Source: Cyanidioschyzon merolae
Taxonomy: Eukaryota
Strand: one strand, 5' to 3'
Assembly (NCBI GenBank): GCA_000091205.1
Contig: AP006491.2
DNA length: 64,000 nt
Shown one piece after another: positions 9,166 to 21,546 of the stretch. Numbering within the stretch: the stretch's first letter is position 1; the number at the start of each line of letters is the position of its first letter. The notes under the pieces were generated by a model. The model saw nothing but the letters and a program-made list of their open reading frames with translations, made no database searches and was not told the origin of the DNA. Both the position numbers and the translations under genes were made by a program.

Positions 9166-11605
9166 GCGCGTCGCCACGTGCGCCAATGCATGCATGCGGG
9201 CGCCGCGGGAGGCTCTCGCCAGGCTCGGGAGCGCGCCCCCATGTGTCAGGTGTTGGCGCTGATCGGATCGAGTCACCGGCGTATGCGTGGGTGCGTGCGT
9301 GTGCGTGTCTGTATGTGGATGAGTATGGAGGTTGCAGATGGTGCCGCTTGCTGCCGATGAAGCATTCGCTGGAATATCCTTGTGGCGTCGTTGCAGCTGA
9401 CGTGTTATTTTCGCTACTTATCAGTTAGCGCACGGCAGCGTAGAACGTGGTCATTTTGGCGTTCGAGAGCCCGCTCGAAGCGGTGTACAGGAAGCGCAGT
9501 TGAGCTTGTGAGACGGGAACGTCTATGTTAGTCCAATGTTGCTGACCTGGTTGTCGTTCTGGATGCGGTTGTGCTGTGCGGGAAGCGCTTCGTGCCATTG
9601 CCGGCTCATCCCGAATTCGGCTGGGACCGGTGCGTGGTACGTGGATGTATGCTTTGCATGCCATCAAGACTGAAGGATTTCGCACTTGCCATCTCCTGTC
9701 GAGGCTTTTTTAGGTCGTCTGCAACCAGCTGAACGTTGACTGTGTGTAGGCGTCTCAGCGCGGATGGTTTTTTTTGATCCGTTATGCGCAATCTCATGGC
9801 CAAGTTGTTCGGGCGCTGGGCAGGCGCCGACACATCAGCGTGTCCAGCATGGGGACAGGCGCCTGGAGCAGGTTCGCCATCCGATTGGTCACCCGTTGGA
9901 CTGCTGCACCCTATGGTTTCTACAGGAAGATGAATCCAGGGCTGAATGAACGTAGAGTCCATCGAAGCTGACCAGCGGTCTCTCGCCCGACTTCAGACTC
10001 CAATCCTGTATCCGAAGATAATATCTGGATCGATGGAGCGATCTTGCAGCCTCGGAAAACTCAGCGCAGACCGTGAACACTCGCGGTATACCTGCATTGC
10101 CCCGCAGCAGCATGCGCATCCCGCGCTCGGGCAGTGCAAATGAAGTAGACTCGGTATTCAGTGGGAACATGGTTGTCGCCAGACATTTGTGCAACGCCGC
10201 CCGTATGCATACCTGGACGGTAGGATTGCCCGAGCAGTTTCCGTCGCAGGAAGCGTGCGAGGCATACGTGCAGCGTGGCTGGACAGGGTCCCGGGCGGGC
10301 GGCCTCTGCTGCAGGGTGAGTCTGGAACGACGCTTCTCGTAACGCTCAAGCGCATCGTGCTGTCGATTCGCGTCAGGGATCAGACGATCGCATGAAGCAT
10401 ATGAACAGTGGGAGTCTTGGAAGCGTTTGTGGGCGCACGACCTCCGAATTGAGCCCTGCTGCTGCTATCCTTTGTATTGAACGCTGTACTGTCCGGGATT
10501 TCAGGCCTTTTTCGTGCGCCGCGTCATGTGCTGGGTGTAGCCGTGCGCGACGCGTACGCGGCGGTCCTGACGCGCTGCAGCACTACGAGGTTAGAGGCGC
10601 TCGACTTTATTGTGTTTCACTTTCGCTGCGTCGATGCGAATGGTACTGCGCATTGCGTAGGAGGAGATCGAATTCACGATGCAGTGTACCGTATAGATTG
10701 TGGACGCATCGCCTATAGGATATATATACTTGTCTGAGCAATGCACGGAGGACCGCATTCTTCATTTAGGTCAGTCATACCATACTAGTCAGATTGATGA
10801 GGAACACTGAAAGAAACAAGTAGATGCGCTCTGTGTCAGAAATTGGTATTCTTAAAGATCGCTTGAAGTCGATAGTAGAAAACGACCTGTTCAGCAAGTC
10901 ATGAAGAGCAAAAGCGACAATAATAGCCATCATGGGCGTCTCTGTTTCTCAACTGCTCTTTCGTGTCGTCCTGTAAACACTGGGATACAGTCGCAAAAAG
11001 CGAGTCCAGTTACATGTACGACCATCTTCCACCGAAATCGCAACTAGCACAGAGTCTCTGGAACTCAGCGATCGGTACGAGGCACCGCATCGTCTGTTTG
11101 TTTCTCCAGTGGATGAGACTTGTTTCGGAAGGCACGGTCGGAGTGTATAACGATATTCCCGGAGAAGGGAGCCCGTTGTACGTACGATCCAAGTCGAAGA
11201 GAACGACCACATCATCATTTGTTCTGGATGGAGTGGATTCATGTGTTGGCATCCGTTTCACTCGAACAGGAGGCGCATACAACAGCATCAATCGCTTTGC
11301 TGAATGATTGAAGACGTTTCCCTGACACCTGGCGAGGTCCTTCTATTCGACAACGTGGCACTTCACCATTCCCTTTGCGGTCGAGCTTTTTTCTCTTCTA
11401 TCTGGTAGAACTGCTTTTCATTCCTCCGTACGCTGCATGATTCAATCCCATCGAATAAGTGTTTTTCTATCGTGAAACGTAGTGATCGCTCCAGTGGGCG
11501 AATCCCTGAAGAGTGTTTACCACGGTGACAAAATGAGGAACGTTTCGTCTTTCTTCCGCAAGCCCTTCTCGCTCAGGGAAGGTCCTCACCTAATGCCATA
11601 AACAA

Positions 11606-12010
11606 GTGCGTTCGTTTTTGAAGGACAAAAACCCAAGGGAAAGGCATGCACATGTTAGTCAGGGATCCTGGCGGGTCGATGTCGCGGGCTACCAGGAAAA
11701 ACGACAAAATTCTCTTCTCGCCTACCATCGAGCGAAGATGCGCAAGTATCCGAGAAGAATAGGGGATATAGGCAATGAAACGTACTTGCCCGAAAGTATG
11801 ACGACGAGACTGCAGTGGCACAGAGGGCACGAATTCGAGGACTCCTTTCATCGGTGAGTTCCACCAGCGGCAATAAACGCATGGAGTTCGTGAACCGAGA
11901 CTTTAACACCGCCATCAATATCAGACGATGTGTGGTGCTGAAAATTAGGACCGACCGGCTGACGAGAGCGAATCTCCTGGGCTAGCCCCTCAGATTCGAA
12001 GTGCACACGG
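11606..12010 (+). pseudogene. Degenerate remnant of a Fanzor/TnpB-like gene (RuvC-II to RuvC-III region only, stop-interrupted).
   Basis: Translation gives 'RVDVAGYQEKR' (cf. '[11 protein letters not shown]') and '[49 protein letters not shown]' (cf. copy A '[49 protein letters not shown]'). It lies in a low-GC island at 10.7-12.1 kb. Confidence 0.5.
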
Positions 12011-12374
12011 CGAAGCTGCAGCCGAGAGCAGGCGACCGGTTCGAAAAGGCTGGTGACGCGTCTGCGTATCGGTGGATACATGCGCATTCAATATTTGTAC
12101 AGCTTTGTGCTTTTTTAGGACGATCTGAACAATTAGATATCCTAAATGGGCCGCAAAGCATCCATTGCGAGTGATGGAAACAGCATCAGCGACAAAACTA
12201 CATCTAATGATTTCTAAATAGATCTTATCAAACTAAACGAACAAAACGATCCTTGGCCTCATCAGGTTCCTAGATGCATCATGGACGCCCCCCGCCACGC
12301 GCAATCTTTCCCGCGTTTTTCCGCTTCGCATTGGAGCTGCAGAGACGGCACCGAGTACTTGCACAGAGGAAGCC

Positions 12375-14294
12375 ATGTCACTCTCCGTGCAGCGCATCCA
12401 CGAGCTATGGTTAGAGGAGTTGCAGGGATTGGGCGCCGCCCCGGACCATCCTACAGAACCGGTAAAATTCTTGCACAGCATCCAACTCCCTAATCGAGCG
12501 ACGATTCCGCGCCTGGTCTGCCGCAACGGGCGCTGGCTGCTGCTTAGTCAGGAGAGGCAGCGTCTGCAGCTATTGGCCGGAACTCTTGTTCGCATTCGTG
12601 GTATGGTGCAGCACCACGGTGAAGAACAATACTGCCCTTGGGGCACCGTCAACGAGTACACCGCGACGTTTTCCTGTGGTTTCGCCCCAGAACTGGGGCC
12701 ACTCGAAACCGTGACGCATGACCAGCTCGCGTCCGAGACGCCTGAAACGAACTGCTGGGTGGCGCGACGCCCGCTTTTTCTCGAGCCCGTGCCGGGCGAT
12801 CGCTTCTATTCGTTCGACGAGTTTCTGGTCAGTTCGTCAAAGGGCGTCGGCGACGAGGCGGCACTCATCGACATTCTCGCAGATGATACTGCTAACAGCA
12901 ACGAAAGCGGTAATGAAAGCGTTGAGCGCACCGAATGTCGTCAGTGCCCAAATGCGACACACGGAGGCCAAGTGCAGTTCAGCAGCAACGGCTGCAGTCG
13001 CGCTAGCGGCATGCCGAGTGAGGCGACGACCTTGGCGGCCCAGAGTAGGCAGGCCGCGTCCGTTGTCGTGTACACATATGGCAACATGTCTGAGCACTCC
13101 AAGCTGAATGAGATCGTGGAGGCCATTGGTTTCTTGGAACTCCGCGACGGTTCCCAGCTTTCCGGATGCCTGGATGATCGTCGCGATACTGCAGACTCGG
13201 ACATTTGCACTGACATAGAGCAGCAGCTCGTTGTTCACGCGCTTCGAGTCGAATCCGCGGCTCGAGTACGTGTCGAAACGGGTGACGGATCCACGATGAA
13301 CCAGATAGCTGTGTCCCGTGTTGACGAAGGAAAACTCGCAGATCCGTACTGGCGCCTGCAGTCCTTCTTGAACAAGTTCCTCTTCCGTGACCGTGATCAT
13401 CTCGCGGCGTCGTATCTTGTCTATACCTTGATCGGATCGCGAGGACCCCGACCAGCCACACGAATTGTGCTCCAACTGAGCTTGCCGCGAGACACGGACT
13501 CCATAGCGGCAAAGCGCTTCGCTCGGCGCCTGTATCGCGTGCTGGCGATGCTGAACGTATGCTGCCAACGTCTACGCGTCTCGGTGGCGGCACTCAATGG
13601 GAGCTCCTGGACGCCGCACCAGCGTGCCGGGGAAGACCGACTGGAGCCTACGGTGTTGCAATTGCCCCGCGAAGCTGCCTTGGTCGTTGATGAAACCTAT
13701 CTCGAGTCCAGCGGTGGAAGCTTGAACCAAACAGGTGTACAGAATATGCGAACACTCGCTGATGTACTCGGTAGCGGGACCATTCGGTATCCCTACGCTT
13801 ACACGGAGGGGCTGCTTTTCGAGGTTGACTGGTCCATAGTCCTGCTTACGATTGGACGCGGCCTGGTTCCTCAGGCTATGCTGCACGCTGCGCACACCAT
13901 CAAGCGTGTGCAGCTGGATGCATCCGTCTTGGATGCAGACGACGCCGGGCTCGAGAGCAATGCGCATTCGCTGCGCGACCTGCTCCCAGTGTCGGATATT
14001 GTTGCGTCCCGCGAGGCGCTGGCGTGCATACGGCATCGTGCATGGCCGACTATTCCCGATGATGTGGCTTCTTTCATCGAGAGCGATTTCGTCCGTTTGC
14101 GCCAAGAAGCGAGAACCCGATGCCTGCAAAACATTGATGGTCCGGCAGCACCAGACGCCGAAGCCCTCGACACCATGCTGCGCCTGGCTATCTTGGAGTC
14201 TCGAGCCCGCGGGGAGCACCAAGTCTCTAGGGAGCGTTGGGAACAGATCAGGGCTATTGAGCAGGAGCGACACCAACGTGTTTCTGGCTCATAA
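12375..14294 (+). CDS. MCMBP: MCM-binding protein (MCMBP).
   Basis: Collinear similarity to MCMBP: 'SYLVYTLIGSRG' (cf. EYLILHLISTVY), 'LQLPREAALVVDETYLESSGGSLNQTGVQNMRTLADVL' (cf. [36 protein letters not shown]), 'YAYTEGLLFEVDWSIVLLTIGRGLVP', and C-terminal 'SRERWEQIRAIEQERHQR' (cf. SRERWLRAKQLESLRRTR). Confidence 0.8.
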   Translation: MSLSVQRIHELWLEELQGLGAAPDHPTEPVKFLHSIQLPNRATIPRLVCRNGRWLLLSQERQRLQLLAGTLVRIRGMVQHHGEEQYCPWGTVNEYTATFSCGFAPELGPLETVTHDQLASETPETNCWVARRPLFLEPVPGDRFYSFDEFLVSSSKGVGDEAALIDILADDTANSNESGNESVERTECRQCPNATHGGQVQFSSNGCSRASGMPSEATTLAAQSRQAASVVVYTYGNMSEHSKLNEIVEAIGFLELRDGSQLSGCLDDRRDTADSDICTDIEQQLVVHALRVESAARVRVETGDGSTMNQIAVSRVDEGKLADPYWRLQSFLNKFLFRDRDHLAASYLVYTLIGSRGPRPATRIVLQLSLPRDTDSIAAKRFARRLYRVLAMLNVCCQRLRVSVAALNGSSWTPHQRAGEDRLEPTVLQLPREAALVVDETYLESSGGSLNQTGVQNMRTLADVLGSGTIRYPYAYTEGLLFEVDWSIVLLTIGRGLVPQAMLHAAHTIKRVQLDASVLDADDAGLESNAHSLRDLLPVSDIVASREALACIRHRAWPTIPDDVASFIESDFVRLRQEARTRCLQNIDGPAAPDAEALDTMLRLAILESRARGEHQVSRERWEQIRAIEQERHQRVSGS

Positions 14295-16029
14295 GTCTGG
14301 ACCTCGGCAGGTCTTTGCTGGGTAGCACGTGGTGCAAGGCGTCCGCTGTCAGGCCTGCGGCGGAATGGAGCGCGGACCCAGTCCGTAGCATACCAGAGGA
14401 CTTTTGAACGGCTGGCCGTAAGCAGCACATGATGCGCATCCCTTCATTCCCTGCAAGGTCAAGGTTTTCATCGTTCAGAATCAGGGACGCCAACCAGATT
14501 CCGCCCGAGCAGGCACAGCATCCATGATGGAGGCAGATGCGAGTGGCGGCGAGACGTCGAGAGCAATGCGCTACCATGCGTTGGTGCTTGGACAGCCACG
14601 TGGTGCGTTCCTCTCAAGACACTGGATGCGCCTTGCATACGGGTATCCCTGGAGCAGCTACCTAATCCCCAGATGTGGTCGACCGGCGATCAGTCGTTTT
14701 CATAGAGCCTTCGGGTCGATGCCGCGCTTCTCAGAGACAGAAATGGGCGAAGGGCACCAGAACGCGTCCGGATGCCGGCACCTCGCTTGCCGCTGCCAGG
14801 TCTTGGATGCTGCTCACAGCATAGCGCATGCTCGGGTCTTTTCAGACGATACAGCGTCGAGACTCCCACTTCCATATCCGTTTACTGAAGCACATAGCCG
14901 GCCTTGATGACCAAAGTTCGATTCTCTGCACACCGCGGCGTCCTTGGGGAACCTTTCGCACAAGTGCCGCTGATGGCGTCTGCGATTCTCGCAGACGCCA
15001 ATCCCGGTGTGCACAAGTCTGCACCAGCCACGACGCCTAGTCGTTCGATAGAGAACTGTGTTCGATTCAAGAGCCGCACTGAACTGCTTGCTCTGTTCCT
15101 GAATTTCAATATTTTTCCGGACTTGAGATATCCAGCCTCGAGCATCGATGTGCAGCGATAACGGATGACGGATTCATACATGGGTTAAGGATCCTCGGTC
15201 GTTTTTTTCTCAAGTGGCTGCTTCGACGCTCTGCCGCCGGCATTCCTTCCATCATCGGTATCGAGATGATTCGCCAAGGCCTCGAGCAAGCCTTCATAAA
15301 GTAACCGATATCGTGAACCAAATGAGGTATACAAGCCTCCACGCTTCTCCTTTGCTTACTTTTGGCGTGTTCAAAGCACACAAGCTTCAAGATTCGGACC
15401 TCTCTATTCCAGTACAATGCATGGGCATAACAACTCGCAAGGATGGATTGACGAGCGAACATACTCGATGCCGCCGCCTGACTTCCTGGTCACAAGCTCA
15501 GGCCGGCGCCTCGTCGATCTTGCCCAGCCAACGAATCGATTCTGTCCGATACATACATGCACCTCTCTATATGGCCATTTACGAAACGGTATCCAACATG
15601 GCGTGATCCCTCCTCGGGAATCTGCTCCAAGAGGCTTCAGTCTGTCATGGTTGCAGGGTAAGGAGTCATGTACTCGAACTTCTATCATTGCAGCGATCGC
15701 TTCCACCGGAGCTTGCATCATCGTTTTACGCAAAGAGAGCGTGTACGGACCCAGGTTTCTCGACTTGATCTTCAGGCCGGAATTCGCTTTCAATAGTTGT
15801 TCTATCATGGAAAAATTCGCGTTCCACAAATCCTCCGTCGAATGGGAGGGCGCGCTTCTGCGCATCCAGCCGATAGAGTACTCGCTAACGAGTTCACCTA
15901 GAAAGAGCCCGAGATCGTAGGGTACGACACTGGGCGCGAAAACGGAGGAAGGCGTCGTGCAGCGCCTTTCGTATGACACGGAAACGAGACCCAAACTTTG
16001 CCTCGTAAATTCGTGTTAGCTAGGCGGGA

Positions 16030-16345
16030 TCCGTCCCATTAAAGTCAGACTTGGATGTTTGAAGAAACGAGTAGGTGAGCGTGTGAGCGCTGGTCCAATA
16101 GCATGCGTTCGCTTCGCGCTCCCGCAGGCAGTAGGTCTGTCTGCGCAACTCGCAGGCTCCCAGAATGACAATGAATCCCGACCCTGTGCCGAATAAGGCA
16201 CGCCTCCAGCCGACACCCTCTATGGTATGAGAGAGCCGCTCTGCTGCCGTGCCACACCTGCACCAGCGATAAAAGCGCTCTGGTGGATACTAGCGACAGG
16301 CACTCGGCCTCAGAACAGCACCTATAAAACGACCAGTACACCCGC
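16030..16345 (+). repeat. Interspersed repeat family R1, copy C (5' portion).
   Basis: 'TTCGCGCTCCCGCAGGCAGTAGGTCTGTCTGCGCA...CCCAGAATGACAA...GAAACGACCAGTACA' matches 57660-57900 (copy E). Confidence 0.5.
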
Positions 16346-16734
16346 AAGCAGGTCCAAGTCAACGCTCTTTAAAATAGAGCGAAGCATGATGGGCGCGCTC
16401 AGTGCTTTCGATGTCCATCCCGCACAATCTGGGATCTATGGTTCATAGGAACGTTGAATCAAAATAGAACAAAAAGACTAAAACTGCCCACGATGAACGC
16501 TCCGATCTCGTCGGAGGCACGGCCGGGTGTCGTGCCGCGAGGTGCGTGCTCGCGGCGCCGCGCCGTGCGCTCGCGGCTCGACGCGGCCTGGATCTGCAGC
16601 CGCTGGATTCGCGGAAGACTTTGCACTGTAGGCGTGTGCAGCCGCAGGGAGTTGTGTGTGTGTGCTTGTGTCTGCGCGTGCGAACACCTTCTTGTTCAGA
16701 CTTTGACACTTACTTAGCTTGAGCGTTTTCCAGC

Positions 16735-17724
16735 ATGCTAGGCTTTGTATCCGGAACTGCTTCCTTGACGAAGAAACGAGGCGGCCGCTCGGCGCAAGCC
16801 TGCGGGTCGGCGGTGACGCGTCTGCGGCTGCAAGCGGGTGAGCCGCAGCCAGTTTTGGCGAAGGGCCGTCTACCCAGTGTGACAGCGTTTGCTGCTGCGG
16901 TGCTGCTGGCGGCAGCGACTCACAGCGCAGTTCTAGAGCCGGTGCAAGCGCTCACTGCTCAGGACGTGCGGCAGCTCTCGTACGAGCAGGTGAAAGGAAC
17001 GGGCCTTGCCAATCGCTGCCCCGAGGTGGTTTCATCGAAGGGCAAGATATCCCTTGACAAGACTAAGAAGTACAAGGTTGTGGATTTGTGCCTGGAACCG
17101 AAGCAGTTTCTAGTGGAGGAGGAGGTCGGCCGGCGACGTGGCGAGAGCAAGCGCGAGTTTGTGGACACCAAGCTGATGACGCGAGCAACCTACACGCTTG
17201 CGAATATCGAAGGGGAACTGGTCAATGAGAACGGAACCTGGAAGTTTATCGAGAAGGACGGCATGGATTACGCTGCAACAACAGTCCAGATTCCGGGTGG
17301 TGAGCGTGTGCCCTTCCTCTTCTCCATCAAGAAACTTGTTGCTTCTCTCAACAACGCGGACGATGGCATCTCAACGAGTACTGAGCTTGGTGGCGAGTTC
17401 AAGGTTCCCAGCTACCGCACCGGTATGTTTCTGGATCCCAAGGGCCGAGGCATGGCCAATGGCTACGACATGGCTGTTGCGCTTCCGGCACTCGAGGCTG
17501 ACGGCGCCGTGGGCCAAGAAGTCTTGCGCAAGGAGAATGACAAGGTGTTCCAGGAAACCTCGGGGCGCATCGAGCTTGCTGTGAACAAGGTTGACCCCAC
17601 GAGTAACGAGATTGGAGGCGTGTTCGTGAGCGAGCAGCTCTCGGACACGGACATGGGGGCCAAGGAGCCGAAGAAGCTCCTTCTCAAGGGCGTTTTCTAT
17701 GCCCGTATCCTGCCGTCAGACTAG
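16735..17724 (+). CDS. psbO: Photosystem II oxygen-evolving enhancer protein 1 (PsbO, 33-kDa Mn-stabilising protein) precursor with N-terminal transit/lumen-targeting peptide.
   Basis: 'LTAQDVRQLSYEQVKGTGLANRCPEV' matches the PsbO N-terminal signature (LT[FY]DEIQ..TYL[EQ]VKG[ST]G.AN.CP). The N-terminus carries a basic transit segment followed by an Ala-rich hydrophobic stretch ending 'AVLEPVQA'. Confidence 0.9.
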   Translation: MLGFVSGTASLTKKRGGRSAQACGSAVTRLRLQAGEPQPVLAKGRLPSVTAFAAAVLLAAATHSAVLEPVQALTAQDVRQLSYEQVKGTGLANRCPEVVSSKGKISLDKTKKYKVVDLCLEPKQFLVEEEVGRRRGESKREFVDTKLMTRATYTLANIEGELVNENGTWKFIEKDGMDYAATTVQIPGGERVPFLFSIKKLVASLNNADDGISTSTELGGEFKVPSYRTGMFLDPKGRGMANGYDMAVALPALEADGAVGQEVLRKENDKVFQETSGRIELAVNKVDPTSNEIGGVFVSEQLSDTDMGAKEPKKLLLKGVFYARILPSD

Positions 17725-20700
17725 TTTCCAGGATCTCTTGCGCAAGTATTCTAAGGATAAGGTGTGACCTGGCACGAATCCGTGCCCGCTCAGGGTCGCG
17801 GTTGCATCGGCGGGGACTTGGCGTCTTGTAGTAGTTACAACGTAAAGCAGTGAATTCTGGAATACCCGTACCAGCACGCCCTAACTGCTTTCAGGTAGGT
17901 ATTCATCAAAACAAATGTTTCCTGTAGATACGAGACAGGTCGCCGGACGACTGAATAATGACCATGCTGGCTGGCGAAAAGCGCCATGCTTGAAAAATGC
18001 AGTCATTCTACGGTCAGCGGATGGATAAGCCACGTCTCTCCTGCTCCTCATTCTTAACGTCGTGCACCTGAAACGGTTTTTGTCAAACTCTATTGCAGGA
18101 CGCTCTCCTCGTCAATCGATGCGTTGTTTAGGAAATACCACGAGAAGAGCCACAAGCAGTGCATTCTCCATTCCGTTGGTACGAGCGTTGATCAAGAGAC
18201 CCGAATGGATGCAGAAAACAGCGCGCGTCTATGGGAGCGAATCCCGTGTTGATCAACGCACTGTCGACTCGAGACTGTTACGCGAACGTGCACGACATGA
18301 GGACAGACATTCGTCTCACTCGACGAAACCTCGTTCGGGGGAAACGTCAGACCTTTGTATGGGCACTCAGAGAGGAGCAATTCGGTGTTCTTTAGAAAGA
18401 GAAAAGGGATAAGACGAGAATGTCAGCCCTGGTGACGATTCGTTCGTATGGTAGGCCCCACAAAAAGCCCACTGGACAAGAGCTTCGAAAATCCATTTTT
18501 CGTTGAAACGCTCCGAGCATATACCTATTGATATTCTTTCGCCCTGCTCGTGGATTACGTCATTTCGTATCATTCAAAAGTGGTCAAGTGGTAAGCGACT
18601 GAGATTCATGTTGAGCTGCTCTTCGCGCCAGTCAGTTCTCCCAGGTTTCATGGAGTCCTGGACGTCTTTCCCTTTTGTCCAACGCGACTTGGACGCTCAC
18701 ATATCTGTAGACGGGTCACTTGCATCCGTGACACTGTTCTTCAGCACGTTACTCTCTAGTTTCAACAATTCTGGAACACACTGCTCCTCCTCTGCTCATG
18801 CTGGGCAAGGTGCTGTTCGTTTCGTGGGCGCGCTCGCGACCGAGAACATGACAAAAAAGTACCCGAAAGATAGTAGATATCCACATGCATGGGAAAGGCG
18901 AGCCTCTGTGCTACCGTTCACCCAGTACACCTGAATCCCCTGGAAGAAAAAGATATGATGTAGAGTGACCACATCCATGGCATCCTGCCGATTAAAGAGA
19001 ACGAAGAAGGCTATTGAGAAGGAACCACGAGACAATGAATTGAAAGATCCTTCCGTAAATGGAACCTGGAAGCTCAGGAAGGAGAAACTGTTGAAGCGGA
19101 AACATTGGACCAAAAAACCTGTCGAATCCTCTGCCTTGAAAATCATCAACAGGAAGCATCTGTCGTTAGGATCTGGGACGTCGTTAGAGATCGTGTAGCC
19201 TCTCACTCGAGGAAGGAGTCGCGCATAGTTTCCCTCGTCATGAAACACCGCGTCAAGCAGTTGTTCGAGGGAGTTCCGCATGCATAGCTGCCGTCTGCCC
19301 ACAATTCTACCGGAATTTCTCGATCAGATCTCTGTACGATATTCAAACCATTGCTCGTGACAGATCATCCAACAAGGCCTGATCATTGGATCAGAGATTT
19401 CCGCAGAGAAACACATACATACATACATCCACAAACGCTTCCCAGAAAAACTTGACGTGTTGCCGCGCTTCAAAAACGTCGGCAGGGCAAGTACCAAAAA
19501 AGAATCAAACTATCCAACTTCAAAACCCACATGTAGGTCCAGCGCTTCGCAATCTGCACTCGGTAAGCCTTGTATACTGAACTCTGTGGTCAACGAGAGT
19601 GGAGACCGATGGAAGGAATTTTTGAGGTGCCGCGGGAGGCGGATGACAAGCCCCTGGCCGAGGAGATTGAAAAGGTCGTGCGTTCGGAGCTTATGTCGCA
19701 AGGAGAGCAAGACTAAACCCAGATTGTCCCAGCTCGTTGTATTGCCATTGGCGTCGGACTAGTCGACGTCGAATCCGAAAGATGGCCGGGGACACCAGGC
19801 TGCATTCCTTGCATCTTGCGCGAAGACGATTCCCTGAACAGCACCCTCAGGAACAGAGCAGACGTTCTCTCCGAATCGGGCGCCCTGGCCTCCTCAAAAA
19901 AGCGTATGCGATGCAGTCTCCATAGGTGACATTCTGGCCTATCCCATCAGGGTCGTGAGTCATGCGCTGTCCTGTATGGTGTCTCTAGTGAGCTACGGCT
20001 GCTCTCCGCACGCAAGTGTGAAGTATTCGAACCAGCGCACGAAGCGCACTGGCGTTGTTCGTACATGTTCTCCCGTTTTATTCATCGACAAACTGGAAAG
20101 AATATTTCGGGGACTCTACAGACAGACGGAATACCGAGGTGCAGGTACACCACGAAACCTACGCCGCACTCGAGTAACGAGACACATTTTCAACCGGCCC
20201 AAGTGGATACAGATAAAAACGGTAGAATATTCGTGGATTCCGCTTTGCAGGGCGTTGTCGTCATCGCTGTATCTCTGAATGAAGAGCACAGAGCCAAAGT
20301 CGTGGACAGGAAGCGGTTGAACCTGATCAGTTTTTTGAAGGCTCAGTATCATCGGAATTCGGGCATGCTAGGTGCCAGGACACCAACGAACAAGTGGAAT
20401 GGAGTGACGGGGTCAGGACCGAAATCGACGCACTAAGCACCGTATTGAGCAGAAGGGGATGCTTTCGAAGCGTCGTTCAGAGACTATTGGAGCGTCCAAA
20501 TGACTCATATGGATGACGTTTGGCAGAGGTACACGAAAGTCACGCTGATGACGCCAACTGTTCCGGTTGTTTGGAGCTCCGCGACGTGCTTTCAGCAACT
20601 GGGTCAGTACGTTGGAAATAGAAACGGCGTACAAGTCGGGTATTTGGATTTATTCCATGGCGATAAATACGCAGTTCAGCGCATAGCTGCGCTTATACTC

Positions 20701-21523
20701 CTTCAACGTGAGCGCACAACGAGTAACCGATTCCATTCTATACAATTCCCATCGAAGCAATCAGGAAGACATCCACACGTCACGAGCACGGGTGCCTGCT
20801 GAAACTGGTAGACAAGTCGCGCATGAAACAGAGCAGAACGTACGATATGGAGTCCGACCAGTTGACCAAACATCAGATGACGGTACAATCGAAAGTGAGA
20901 GGTTCGCTATGGTATGGTTCCAACGGCGAAAAGGCGCGCAAACTCTTTCCCCACCCGGTCTTGAAGGTCTCGATCGACATCCGCAAATCTGGACTACACC
21001 CGAAGGTTCCAGCGGTAAAGTTCCGCGCGAACCTGCAAGCGAATCATCTTGTACTCCATATGGACATCGTGCTGAAACGCTGAAGAATTCCACTGAGATA
21101 AAGCGTTGACCTGGGGGCTGCGGGCACTGGATTCCCATCTGGAGCAACGCACTCATATGGTACAGTTCAGCAATTCATCAAGGTAAGTGCGCCGAATGGA
21201 TCTGCTTCTGGGACGGTTTCCACGGGCAACTGGTGATCCATCATTGTGTTCCAGTATTCAGTATGATTGAGAATACGACGTAAACACTGTTGGAGCACAA
21301 CGCTTGAGGGCGCTCGCTGCTCCACGTGCCCAAACGCCACCAAGGAGTAGCGAGCAGCAGCAAGCATCATGCCCGTACGAGTGTGGTGTGCAGGGCACTC
21401 CTTTTGTCTGCGGATATAGCGCTTTTCATGGTTGTGGACAGGAAAATCTCACTAGATTTGTACGCCGGAGCAATGACCGGGGAAGAGAACTCAGCTTCTC
21501 CGAAGATGGGGTCCCGTTCCAAT

Positions 21524-21546
21524 ACCACCACCACCACCACCACCAG
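21524..21546. repeat. (CAC)n microsatellite.
   Basis: ACCACCACCACCACCACCACCAG read directly. Confidence 0.8.

Noticed and set aside
15404-19302. Unrecognised ORFs 15404-15994(-) and 18796-19302(-)
   Set aside because: I could find no family resemblance. They may be real lineage-specific genes or spurious, so they are left unannotated.
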